A stretch of 64,000 nt of DNA, taken from the IMG/VR virus record IMGVR_UViG_3300045988_131228, positions 1-64,000 of that record. One strand, given 5' to 3'. The translations under genes and the position numbers were made by a program. Positions 18,960 through 28,494 of this stretch are shown in pieces. The notes beneath the pieces were generated by a model. That model saw only the letters and a program-made list of their open reading frames with translations. It did not search any database and had not been told where the DNA came from. The DNA is from a virus. The number at the start of each line of letters is the position of its first letter. The first letter of the stretch is position 1.

Positions 18960-19800
18960 TATGATATTGTCATATCCACTGATGAGTTCGACTCACACTA
19001 CTTGTCCAAAAATCAAAACTGGTAATCCATCACCCCACACTCACCACCAGTAGAAAAATTTCTCATCATCATACCACCTCATAAATTACACCAAATCTAC
19101 ACACAATTCACTAAAATATTTAAAATGAGTTCGAGACAGAGTTCGACCGCACCCTTACATATCAACATAAAATAAATTTTCTGACAATTCTAAATCACCA
19201 ATTTTTACCCAAAATTACCTGCTCCAAATCACAATATCCCTTGCAAAATCTAACAATTTACGAAGTCCTCTCGAAGTGATACCATTACATAACAAATTTA
19301 ATCTACACACAATTCCAAATAATTCACTCTATCTTAATCCTGCAATATCCCAAATTCCCTTGCCACATCTACCTAAAACGCAGCAATCATTTCCTATTAA
19401 AAGTACACATCACTCTCCCATATCAATCAAAATTATCACCAAAAACACCTATCTCGAAGTCCACAATCTCACATCATCAGGAAATACCGTTCTAAATTGT
19501 GTCAAATTTCCACACAATTCTAATCACAAAAATTCACTCAAAAATACATCATAAAAACTTGAAATGCCAAAATGACACTTCAAGATACAATCATTTCAAT
19601 TTCATATTAATCTCATATCATCTACAACTCTAAAATCAATTTTATTCTCACTATTCTAATGTACAACTTAAAGTAAACACTACAATTACTCTCGCCTTAA
19701 CAATTTAACATCTGTACATTATAATTTTCAAATTAAATCTACATCATATAATCTACAACAAATATAGCAGAATCTCAAACAGAGAATCTTAGATAGAAAG
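18960..19800. other. G-depleted (C/A/T) non-coding block with degenerate internal repeats
   Basis: G-free runs at 19054-19126, 19502-19560 and 19585-19660. ACACAATTC recurs at about 19101, 19307 and 19512. GAGTTCGA occurs three times (18984, 19127, 19139). Confidence 0.8.
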
Positions 19801-19994
19801 ATAAGAGGTGGGGAGTACTTTTACATCTATAGAAAACCACTACTCTCATATTCCACCTATCCCAAAATTTTCACCAGCAAATAGATCCTCTTTATCTTGA
19901 ATGGAGAATCTATAACCAGAAACATGCAAACCAAATATTTCAATCCGTAAAGAGAGAAATAAATATTATTAAAAATAAAAAGGAGATTTTGTAA

Positions 19995-20210
19995 ATGATT
20001 ACACAAGAAACTAAAACTTTTATTCAAGTTGAAACAGAATATTACTTTCATGAAAACGGATTATATATTGATCCAATGTTACTGGTATATCCATTAGTAA
20101 CAGAAAACTATTCTTATCATCACTATAAGCAAGAATTAGACAACCATATTAAACATCTTATACGATATTTAATTTTAATTGATATTTTAAGCCAAGTAAA
20201 ATACTACTAA
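19995..20210 (+). CDS. hypothetical protein
   Basis: 71-aa ORF. AAGGAGATTTTGTAA precedes the ATG. Confidence 0.5.
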   Translation: MITQETKTFIQVETEYYFHENGLYIDPMLLVYPLVTENYSYHHYKQELDNHIKHLIRYLILIDILSQVKYY

Positions 20211-20223
20211 GGAGATTACGCAA

Positions 20224-20823
20224 ATGACATACCCAGAAATTAACACATTAACATCACCATTATACTGTTTACCGATTAACAAACCAATCATCTCATATTC
20301 CACTTACATAAGAAATAAACATAAAGATTTAGATTGTAATTATTGGAGAGTACATACATCTGATGGATATATTGAATTTGATTCACAACATTTCTATGGA
20401 ATATTCAATCATCATAAAAGTAATAGCATTCTTTCATCGGCAATATTATCAAAAATCACAGATATAACAAATAAATATCTTTCCGATAAGAAAATCTATA
20501 TACCAGGAATAACACCAAAATCATATTATCATCTCTCAAGAGGTTATGGTAAATCAATCAGAGAATTGCGTTATTTCATGAAACTAATATCAGATTCAGA
20601 AAAGAGTCAATTTTCATATAATCCATATTCACCAGAATATACAGTACAAAATTATAAATCTGATATGGAGAATTTATATAAAAAGATGATATCTGAAAAG
20701 ATACTTAACTCATATGAAACACAAAATAACTCTACAAAACAGAGAAGTAATAACAAAGAAGAAATGAGCTGCTTAAAAATTATTGCCGATAAAAACAATA
20801 CAAATAAGAAATTTCACAAATAA
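20224..20823 (+). CDS. hypothetical protein
   Basis: 199-aa ORF. AAGGAGATTACGCAA precedes the ATG. Confidence 0.55.
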   Translation: MTYPEINTLTSPLYCLPINKPIISYSTYIRNKHKDLDCNYWRVHTSDGYIEFDSQHFYGIFNHHKSNSILSSAILSKITDITNKYLSDKKIYIPGITPKSYYHLSRGYGKSIRELRYFMKLISDSEKSQFSYNPYSPEYTVQNYKSDMENLYKKMISEKILNSYETQNNSTKQRSNNKEEMSCLKIIADKNNTNKKFHK

Positions 20824-20838
20824 AGGAGATCAACCATT

Positions 20839-21699
20839 ATGAGAAAATCAAAAGACGACAAAAACAACACAACTACTACTATTACACCATCAGCATCTGA
20901 TAAGACACCAATTGAGATTGCATTACAGATTGATAAAGACGGAATGACAACGGCAAGTAAGTTATATTCATTTCTTGAATTAGATATTACTCATTTTTCA
21001 AGATGGTGTCGTAAAAATATTGTAAATAATAAATTTGCTACTGAAAATGAAGATTATGTAATTTTAGCCATTAATGGCGATAATTCATCTAAAGGTAGAC
21101 CAAAAACAGATTATAAACTTACATCTGAATTTGCAAAGAAACTTTCAATGACAGGTAACACCGAAAAACATGAGCAAGCAAGAGATTATTTTATTGCTTG
21201 TGAGCAAGGATTTAAAATTGCTACTGTTAAACTACAAGCAAGAAATGATGATATTCAAGCTTTAGCACAAAATGTAAATAATCTTGTACAAAAGATTGAT
21301 AGTAAATTTGATTCATTAGAAACAAGAGTATCTACATTAGAAAACAACACTACTACTCTAAAATCATTACCAAAGAAACAGCGATTTACATACTGGTCAT
21401 CAAAAATGTTTCCTAAATATCAAGCATTAGCAGAATATTTTGAAATTCAACTGAAAGATCTCTATAAGAATCTATATAGAGAATTTCAGAATATGTATCC
21501 TGATATTGAGCTAAACCAGATTGTAGATGATTATTGCTATGAGAATAAATTAGAAACTTGTTACACCTTAGACGCAATAGAGCATGATAAAACCGTAAGA
21601 GTATTATTTGAACAGTTAGTAGATACTCTTTTGGAGAAATATGATTTAGTACTTCATAAAGAGAAACTTGTAATGTCAACAATTTTTGACACAAAATAA
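20839..21699 (+). CDS. AntA/AntB-type antirepressor-domain protein
   Basis: 286 aa. ASKLYSFLELDITHFSRWCRKNIVNNKFATENEDYV and GRPKTDYKLTSEFAKKLSMTGNTEKHEQARDYFIACEQ. Confidence 0.55.
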   Translation: MRKSKDDKNNTTTTITPSASDKTPIEIALQIDKDGMTTASKLYSFLELDITHFSRWCRKNIVNNKFATENEDYVILAINGDNSSKGRPKTDYKLTSEFAKKLSMTGNTEKHEQARDYFIACEQGFKIATVKLQARNDDIQALAQNVNNLVQKIDSKFDSLETRVSTLENNTTTLKSLPKKQRFTYWSSKMFPKYQALAEYFEIQLKDLYKNLYREFQNMYPDIELNQIVDDYCYENKLETCYTLDAIEHDKTVRVLFEQLVDTLLEKYDLVLHKEKLVMSTIFDTK

Positions 21700-21762
21700 T
21701 TATCCTTTGTGAGAATAAATAAAAAATACACCAAAAATCAATTTGAAGGGAGAAACACATAA

Positions 21763-21969
21763 ATGTCCACTAAGACCATTACAATTGAAAATCACAGTCC
21801 AAAATATAATAGATTACTGAAAAACTTAGTAAATCAATCAACTGATACTATCCTGGAATGGAAAACGTATTTCAAAAAATGTAAAGTAAATCCAAAATGT
21901 AACACTGACTATTTCATAATGGCTATTCAAGTGTGTGAAGATATTCTAAAAGAAAGAAGAGAGAAATAA
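21763..21969 (+). CDS. hypothetical protein
   Basis: 68-aa ORF with an SD. Confidence 0.5.
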   Translation: MSTKTITIENHSPKYNRLLKNLVNQSTDTILEWKTYFKKCKVNPKCNTDYFIMAIQVCEDILKERREK

Positions 21970-21974
21970 TACAT

Positions 21975-22181
21975 ATGACCGATTTAGAAAAGAAATTAAA
22001 CAAGATTTACAATTACGCTGATTTAATTCATTCAGAGAATCTATTAATATTATCAATTATTGGCTCTCTGTTAAGAGAGTCTGATAAACCAGAGATTGAA
22101 AAATGTATTAAGACTTATATTCAGCAAAGAGAGAATATACGAAAAGGGATATACGAAGATGATGTTGAGATTACACAATAA
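21975..22181 (+). CDS. hypothetical protein
   Basis: 68-aa ORF. Confidence 0.5.
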   Translation: MTDLEKKLNKIYNYADLIHSENLLILSIIGSLLRESDKPEIEKCIKTYIQQRENIRKGIYEDDVEITQ

Positions 22182-22284
22182 TACAAGCAAGATGTGGTTT
22201 TTTTAAAATATATTTTATTTATGAATGTAATGAATAAATAAAATATATTTGTCTGTCTTATTAAAAAGTAGTATATCTTCTTTC

Positions 22285-22376
22285 TGTTCAGTTTATGGGA
22301 ACTGGGTATTGTCAGATGAACACTCATTTGAGGTTTTCATAGGACTCAGCGCACATAAACTGAACGCTCGTAAAAT
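22285..22376. repeat. copy 1 of the TGTTCAGTTTAT..CGTAAAAT element, split by a 72-nt hairpin-forming insert
   Basis: GTTCAGTTTATG (22286-22297) is the exact reverse complement of CATAAACTGAAC (22354-22365). An uninterrupted copy lies at 24285-24304. Confidence 0.6.
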
Positions 22377-22385
22377 GAATATGGG

Positions 22386-23561
22386 GTGAGAATCATTAAT
22401 AAAAACACAAATAATTATAAAGTGTATATACATACTAACATATTAAATGATAAGAAATATATTGGTATAACAAAAACATCAGAAAGAGAAAGATGGAATA
22501 ACGGAAATGGTTATCATAAAAATCAAAAATTCTATGAAGATATTCAAAAATATGGTTGGGATGATGGATTCACTCATGAGATCATACAAGACAATTTATC
22601 ATATAGTGAAGCAAGGCGTTTGGAGAAGTATTATATATCAAAATATAATTCTGTTTCAAATGGATATAACAATGCAAATTTTAATTTAAGTGGATCTTTA
22701 CAATTTGATTTTGATAATTTCATTCCAATAGATAATCCTGATGGAGAAATAAATAATAACAAGGAATATTTTACAAGAGTACCAAATGAATTTATACAAA
22801 TTGACATTAGAAAGAAATATAATCTTCACAGAATATTTTATGTTGTATATATTCTTATTGATAAACATAGAAGTTACGAGGATAAATCATACATTGTAAT
22901 TTCAGAAATATTTGATTTATGTGGTTATAAACTTGGTAAAAACAAACCAAAGGTATTTTATGAAATTATAAAATGTTTACTATTCTTAAATGAAAGTAAC
23001 ATGATTAGAATTACATCTAATTTTGATATTTACGCTGTTGGATATACTGATTGTATTCAAATGGATATTATATATTCTAATTTTGACGCAACAGATAAAT
23101 TCTCAAAAATTACATCTTCACAACTTGACTTTATAATGATGAGTGAATCAAGTATTAATAAAGAGAATATATTAATGGCATTCCTTTATATCAATTCTTA
23201 TATTTTTATTCGTCCAAAGAATAAAAATAATGAAGAAATAATAAGTGATCCGAAATCTAAACCAGAAGCATTTTTTCGCAGCATGGAAAGTATGGCAAAA
23301 GAATTGGCAATTTCAAAAGATACATTAAATCAATGTATTCAATGTTTAACTTCTTCTAGTGAAAACCAAAAACCTCTTTTGATAAAAAGAGAAGTAGGTA
23401 GTATACAACCAGATCCTAAAAAGCCACCACAAAATGTTCCAAATATCTATGTACTTAATAAAGAAGGATATGAACAAGAAATTGAATGGGCTATTTTAAA
23501 GATGCTAGAAGTATATAATGTAGATTCATTTGGAGAATTAACAGGTAAGGATGTGAAATAA
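22386..23561 (+). CDS. GIY-YIG family (homing) endonuclease with a long C-terminal extension
   Basis: YKVYIHT..KKYIGIT..RW..YSEARRLEKYYISKYNS..NGYN matches the GIY / YIG / R / E / N motif order. 391 aa. Confidence 0.75.
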   Translation: MRIINKNTNNYKVYIHTNILNDKKYIGITKTSERERWNNGNGYHKNQKFYEDIQKYGWDDGFTHEIIQDNLSYSEARRLEKYYISKYNSVSNGYNNANFNLSGSLQFDFDNFIPIDNPDGEINNNKEYFTRVPNEFIQIDIRKKYNLHRIFYVVYILIDKHRSYEDKSYIVISEIFDLCGYKLGKNKPKVFYEIIKCLLFLNESNMIRITSNFDIYAVGYTDCIQMDIIYSNFDATDKFSKITSSQLDFIMMSESSINKENILMAFLYINSYIFIRPKNKNNEEIISDPKSKPEAFFRSMESMAKELAISKDTLNQCIQCLTSSSENQKPLLIKREVGSIQPDPKKPPQNVPNIYVLNKEGYEQEIEWAILKMLEVYNVDSFGELTGKDVK

Positions 23562-23699
23562 ATTTGACGGATAGAAAGGACGTTGATGATACACATGATT
23601 GAATAAATAAAAAAGAGAATATACATATATAACTATTAACCAGTATCACAAAAAGGAGTGATGCAATTATGAATTTTAAATCAAAGGAGAACATTAAAT

Positions 23700-23954
23700 A
23701 TGACAGAAACAGAAAACAGAAAAAACCATGAATACAGCTATAACAAAAGCTATAACAAATATTATACTATGCCAAGCAGAGAAGAATTACATAGAGGATA
23801 TAGTGGTTGGTTAAACAATGCGGATTTCATTATGTCAAGAGGAAATAATCAAAAACAATCCAGAATTGCAGAAAAAATTGCATCCGATTGGCGATTCGAT
23901 GAACAATGCCATAAAAATATTCTTAGTAAAGAAAGAGAGAAAAACAATGACTGA
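23700..23954 (+). CDS. hypothetical protein
   Basis: 84-aa ORF. Confidence 0.5.
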   Translation: MTETENRKNHEYSYNKSYNKYYTMPSREELHRGYSGWLNNADFIMSRGNNQKQSRIAEKIASDWRFDEQCHKNILSKEREKNND

Positions 23955-24264
23955 AAGAAATTTTGATAACAATAATGAAAATTGTATTGAGTTTTTATCT
24001 GGTGAACGATATGCCGTTGCAACTTTTACAAACAGGAAACATATCACTCGTTTGAAGAAAATTTATGCTGAAAGAAAAGATGAGATTAAATACTTTAGAG
24101 AAAATAAAGATGGTAGTATTTGTGTGAAATTTCCTCTTAAATGGGTAAAGATAAATCCTGGCTCTATACCTGATCCAAATAAACCCAAAAAAGTATTAAC
24201 AGAAGAACAAAAGGAAAAATTGATACAGAATTTGCAAAAATATCGTGAGTCTAAAAAGAAATAG
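23947..24264 (+). CDS. hypothetical protein
   Basis: 105 aa from the ATG at 23947, overlapping the upstream stop. The track ORF starts further upstream at 23818. Confidence 0.5.
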   Translation: MTERNFDNNNENCIEFLSGERYAVATFTNRKHITRLKKIYAERKDEIKYFRENKDGSICVKFPLKWVKINPGSIPDPNKPKKVLTEEQKEKLIQNLQKYRESKKK

Positions 24265-24432
24265 TATATACCACTACTCTCTTATGTTCAGTTTATCGTA
24301 AAATTATAAAGAAATGATAGTCAAATTTCAATTCTACGGTATCTATAGTTAAAGTTGTTCCACCTACAACTTAAAATCGAAATTTACCCAAAATTTATCA
24401 ATATATATTGAGAATAATTAAATAAGGAAAAT

Positions 24433-24876
24433 ATGATGAGAAAAATTGATTACAAATATTTCTCAAAAGCCAAGCAGATTGCACAAGTGTCTGATTTTCC
24501 AAAGGTACATATTGGATGTATCGCTGTTTATCAGAATCGCATTATCGGAATTGGTTGTAATACAAATAAAACCCACCCAACCCAGAAGTATTATAACCGA
24601 TATAGAATAGATGACAACGATTTTGATAATTCTGAATCACTTCTACCAAAACTCCACGCAGAAATTAATTGCATAAATCAACTGAAACATTTGAATATTA
24701 ATTTTTCAAAGGTGAAGTTATACATATACCGCACTAGGAAAGATATTGTGTGTGGAATGGCTAGACCTTGTGCAAGCTGTATGCAAGCAATAAAGGATTT
24801 AGGGATTAGAGAAATATATTATACAACAAATGATGGTTATTCATATGAAAAGTTAGAGAAAGGATGTGCTGTTTAA
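24433..24876 (+). CDS. dCMP/cytidine deaminase-family zinc enzyme
   Basis: HAEINCI zinc/catalytic motif plus PCASCMQAI. 147 aa. Confidence 0.85.
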   Translation: MMRKIDYKYFSKAKQIAQVSDFPKVHIGCIAVYQNRIIGIGCNTNKTHPTQKYYNRYRIDDNDFDNSESLLPKLHAEINCINQLKHLNINFSKVKLYIYRTRKDIVCGMARPCASCMQAIKDLGIREIYYTTNDGYSYEKLEKGCAV

Positions 24877-25100
24877 TGGTGTGCACAGGTTGCCACATGA
24901 GCTATTGCCCGTCAACGTGTCCTAACTATATTCCTGAGAATGTAACTCACTACTGCTCTATTTGCGGTAATGGAATTTATAATGGAGAAGAATTTATAAG
25001 GAATGATGATGGTGATTATGCTCATTGGGAATGTTTTGATGGAAAGAACGACTTAGCTGAATGGTTAAATTACGAGATTGGAATTATGGAGGAAAGATAA
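24864..25100 (+). CDS. small Cys-rich zinc-finger protein
   Basis: 78 aa. CTGCH..C..C and CSICGNG...HWEC. Confidence 0.5.
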   Translation: MCCLMVCTGCHMSYCPSTCPNYIPENVTHYCSICGNGIYNGEEFIRNDDGDYAHWECFDGKNDLAEWLNYEIGIMEER

Positions 25101-27971
25101 ATGATTGATTTAACAACAGGTGTATATATTCCAAGTGTGGATGCGAAAGACATTTATCTTTCTGCACATTATTATAATTATGAAAATCACGACTACGATT
25201 TAAAACTTAAAGATGGTAATTATAATTTAAGAAAATTTATTAATACTCTTGATTACAGCTTGGACTTAATTGAGTTATTGAATATTTATTATAAAAAATA
25301 TCGCAAGAATGATTTTCTGTTTACTGTAAAAAAACACAAATATACTACAAATGTTATTAATCTCACATTCAAATATTCTGTAAAAGAATGGAATCAAATG
25401 AATAAGAATACATTTGTAAAGTTTGGCTATAACTATAGAGATTTGACGTTTGATGATTGCATTGCAAAAAATAAGATAGGTGAAATTGTTGGTATTCAAA
25501 TAAATTCAAAAGTAAAAAATAAATTAGAAATACCATCTCCATTTGTCGTGGAAAAAGTTGAAATTAAAGATAAGAAAGATAAATCAGTTGTAAAAGAGGT
25601 TCAAATACAGTATCAGAAAAAAGGTGAGCCTAAGACTTTAAAAACAAATGCTCAATTACGAAGTGAATTATATAAAAATGGTTTTACTTGTAATGGAGTC
25701 AAATATTGCAGGATGAAACGGTCTACTGGATCAGCTAGAGTTGGAAAATGTCTCTTCATTAATGAGTCATTATTTAAGCCATTATTAAATTTCAGTTCTG
25801 GGGCAATCCGTTTAAATCCTGGTGACGAAATAGATCTTGCTGCATATGAGGGGTATATCGCTCTTCCCTCGAGTAGCATTATTGATACTCTACCAATTAA
25901 ACCAGAGAATATTTTATTAATTGATGATTATGATAGTGTATTCAATGAAGATGTAATTGAAACGCATGACGAAAACAATTGGCTAAAAACAACTGAAAAG
26001 AATTGTACTATTACCAATACGATATGGGATGGACAATCATTAATGGATATATCTTTGTTTGGTGATTATTCAGAATATGGAATGGTGCTTCTCAGAAACT
26101 TAATGTTTAAGTCATGTTGTTTTAATTGTAATATTCAACAATGGTTTAAGGATAATAATATTACAGATATTTCACAATTAAATGGGAAAACAAGAGCTAC
26201 CAAAATTGAAGATGTAAAATTAATCACTACACCAAATAGTATTAAATATTTGAAATTTAGTACATGGGATGAATGGCTTGATAATTTATATCCTAATTTT
26301 GGAGTTGTAAAACATGATAAGAAGACTCACTTTTTTGAAGGTAGACTTGTTCAAACTCATTACCAGCTTTTGAATACTTTACAAATGTCAAAAGATGAAG
26401 TAAATGATTTTTTATCAGAAGCTTTAGACTTTGCACAATTATTACGCAATAATCCAGAGGTTGTACGATATTACATTAAATATCCTGATATTGATGAGTT
26501 AGATCCATTATCACAGCCTATGAACAGTAAAAATGATGTTGTATATAATTTGATGAGTATTAATGATAACTTCACAAAGACTAAATATTATAAAGATTTT
26601 TTAATTGATTTACTCAGGTCATATTATAAGAATCTAAAAAATGGACATGTTTATGTAAATGGAAATTATTCTACTTTGCTAGGAAATCCCATTGAAATGT
26701 TACAACAATCAATTGGTAAATTTGATGGTAAAAGTCAAATTGGAATTGGTAATATACATAGTATACGATTTGATTACAACAAAACACTATTGGCAAGCCG
26801 TAGCCCTCATGTAACAATTGGTAATATTTGGCTTCCGTATAATACAGAAAACAAACTGATAGATTGTTATTTTAATCTTACACCTGAAATTATATGTCTT
26901 AATTCAATTGGAGAAAATGTTTTACAGAGGTTATCAGGAGCAGATTTTGACAGTGATACCGTATTATTAACAGATAATGAAATATTGATTCGTGCAGCAA
27001 AAAGGAATTATCATTTATTCAAGACTCCTACTTCTTTTGTATCAGCTCGAAAAGTTAAAAGATATTATACTCCTGAACAACAAGCAGATCTTGATATTAA
27101 AACATCTGTAAATAAAATTGGAGAAATTATCAATCTTTCTCAGGAGCTAAATTCTTTGTTATGGGATAGAATGTATTATGGAGAAACTTATGATGATATT
27201 AAAGAGCTATATTATGACATTTGTCAATTGGATGTAATGTCTGGTATCGAAATTGATAAAGCAAAAAAAGAATTTGATGTTAATAATGTTAAAGAACTTG
27301 ATAAATTAAGACAAAAATACGCACCCGTCCTTGAACACATCGAAAAAGACGAAAGTGGTAAAGATATAAAAAAGAAAAAAGTCCCACACTTCTTCTCTCA
27401 TATTTCAAAACAAAAAGGTTTCTATAATCCAGAAAAAAAATACTATTGTAAATATCATACGACTATGGATTATTTACAGACAATAGTAAATGGATTCAGA
27501 ATAAAAAATCCATATAAAAAAGATTGGTCACCATTTACAGCATTATTGGATAATGAAAAATACTACAGCTATAATGTAAATCAAAATCAGATTGATAAAA
27601 TTTACACTATGCTCAAAAAATATGTTAATGATAGAAAGTTAATATATTCATCCGATTCGGACTCAAAAGAAGATAAGAATGAAAGATCCAATAAATTAAA
27701 AGTTGATTTAATTTCGGATATTGAATCTGAGACTATAGGATACTCTACAATGTATAGATTATTATCTTCTGTTGAAGATAAAGAAAATGCACAGATCAAA
27801 AATTTATTATTAGAGATATTATTTTTATGTGGAAATAAAAGTTTTAACGAGACAATAATTCAATCTTCTAATGAAATAAAACAGTTAGAAATTGACGGAA
27901 ACGACATAAAAATCTTTGATATTGGTTTTAAAATTGCAAAAAAGCGGATAAATTCATGCAAAAATGAGTGA
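25101..27971 (+). CDS. large protein with a DxDxD motif; candidate YonO-like single-subunit two-barrel RNA polymerase
   Basis: 956 aa. LSGADFDSDTVLL resembles the NADFDGD metal-binding loop of beta-prime/YonO/RdRP double-psi barrels. No Walker A motif. Confidence 0.4.
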   Translation: MIDLTTGVYIPSVDAKDIYLSAHYYNYENHDYDLKLKDGNYNLRKFINTLDYSLDLIELLNIYYKKYRKNDFLFTVKKHKYTTNVINLTFKYSVKEWNQMNKNTFVKFGYNYRDLTFDDCIAKNKIGEIVGIQINSKVKNKLEIPSPFVVEKVEIKDKKDKSVVKEVQIQYQKKGEPKTLKTNAQLRSELYKNGFTCNGVKYCRMKRSTGSARVGKCLFINESLFKPLLNFSSGAIRLNPGDEIDLAAYEGYIALPSSSIIDTLPIKPENILLIDDYDSVFNEDVIETHDENNWLKTTEKNCTITNTIWDGQSLMDISLFGDYSEYGMVLLRNLMFKSCCFNCNIQQWFKDNNITDISQLNGKTRATKIEDVKLITTPNSIKYLKFSTWDEWLDNLYPNFGVVKHDKKTHFFEGRLVQTHYQLLNTLQMSKDEVNDFLSEALDFAQLLRNNPEVVRYYIKYPDIDELDPLSQPMNSKNDVVYNLMSINDNFTKTKYYKDFLIDLLRSYYKNLKNGHVYVNGNYSTLLGNPIEMLQQSIGKFDGKSQIGIGNIHSIRFDYNKTLLASRSPHVTIGNIWLPYNTENKLIDCYFNLTPEIICLNSIGENVLQRLSGADFDSDTVLLTDNEILIRAAKRNYHLFKTPTSFVSARKVKRYYTPEQQADLDIKTSVNKIGEIINLSQELNSLLWDRMYYGETYDDIKELYYDICQLDVMSGIEIDKAKKEFDVNNVKELDKLRQKYAPVLEHIEKDESGKDIKKKKVPHFFSHISKQKGFYNPEKKYYCKYHTTMDYLQTIVNGFRIKNPYKKDWSPFTALLDNEKYYSYNVNQNQIDKIYTMLKKYVNDRKLIYSSDSDSKEDKNERSNKLKVDLISDIESETIGYSTMYRLLSSVEDKENAQIKNLLLEILFLCGNKSFNETIIQSSNEIKQLEIDGNDIKIFDIGFKIAKKRINSCKNE

Positions 27972-27996
27972 TTTCGTCCTAAATTTAGGACGAAAT
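27971..27996 (+). terminator. perfect palindromic stem-loop at the end of the 956-aa gene
   Basis: ATTTCGTCCTAA / TTAGGACGAAAT, then TTTAAGTT. Confidence 0.45.
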
Positions 27997-28102
27997 TTAA
28001 GTTACTATGGAGAGGGTAGTTTTCAAATTATTATTTTAACGATTACTACCCTACTCTATCTTGTGTAACTTATCTTAATCTGAAACAGAGGAGGAATTTA
28101 AC

Positions 28103-28420
28103 ATACAAGAAAATTATACATATATTTCTCAAAAGGAAATTTCACATGAAATCGAAAAAAGATTGGGTTGTTCTGCACATGATGTATTTAAAATATTAGA
28201 TACATTAAGTGATGTGGTAAAGGATAAAATTAGTGATACGGATAATGCAGAAATAAAAATATTTCCTGGACTAAAAGTAACTTCTAAGTGTGTACCATCA
28301 GAACAATATAATTCTAATTTAAAAAATGTAAATATACCATCTAACCATGTTTTAAAATTATCTGTATATTTTACACATGATTATAAAAGAAAAATAAGAG
28401 AAACATATAAAACTCATTAA
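28103..28420 (+). CDS. divergent HU/IHF-like DNA-binding protein, apparently starting at ATA
   Basis: Frame is open from 28079. GAGGAGG (28088-28094) lies 8 nt before ATA at 28103. The N-terminal helix ISQKEISHEIEKRLGCSAHDVFKILDTL sits upstream of the only canonical start, TTG at 28163. Confidence 0.5.
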   Translation: MQENYTYISQKEISHEIEKRLGCSAHDVFKILDTLSDVVKDKISDTDNAEIKIFPGLKVTSKCVPSEQYNSNLKNVNIPSNHVLKLSVYFTHDYKRKIRETYKTH

Positions 28421-28494
28421 TTGGCATATAATCGGCGGTTGCACTGATTCTTCCCCTTTCGTTACAGTGCTTCCGTTGATTAAAAATATAATAA

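Noticed and set aside
19276-19554. 92-aa plus-strand ORF inside the G-depleted block
   Set aside because: A G-free sequence cannot contain TAG or TGA, so long open frames arise by composition alone. The product is low-complexity (P/H/N/I/S/T/K), and there is no SD.
17761-19800. Idea that the C-free and G-free blocks are arms of one large inverted repeat (giant hairpin)
   Set aside because: I checked several motif pairs, for example TGTGTTACA versus an expected TGTAACACA partner, and 18380-18410 versus 19036-19062. I found only compositional complementarity, not base-by-base pairing.
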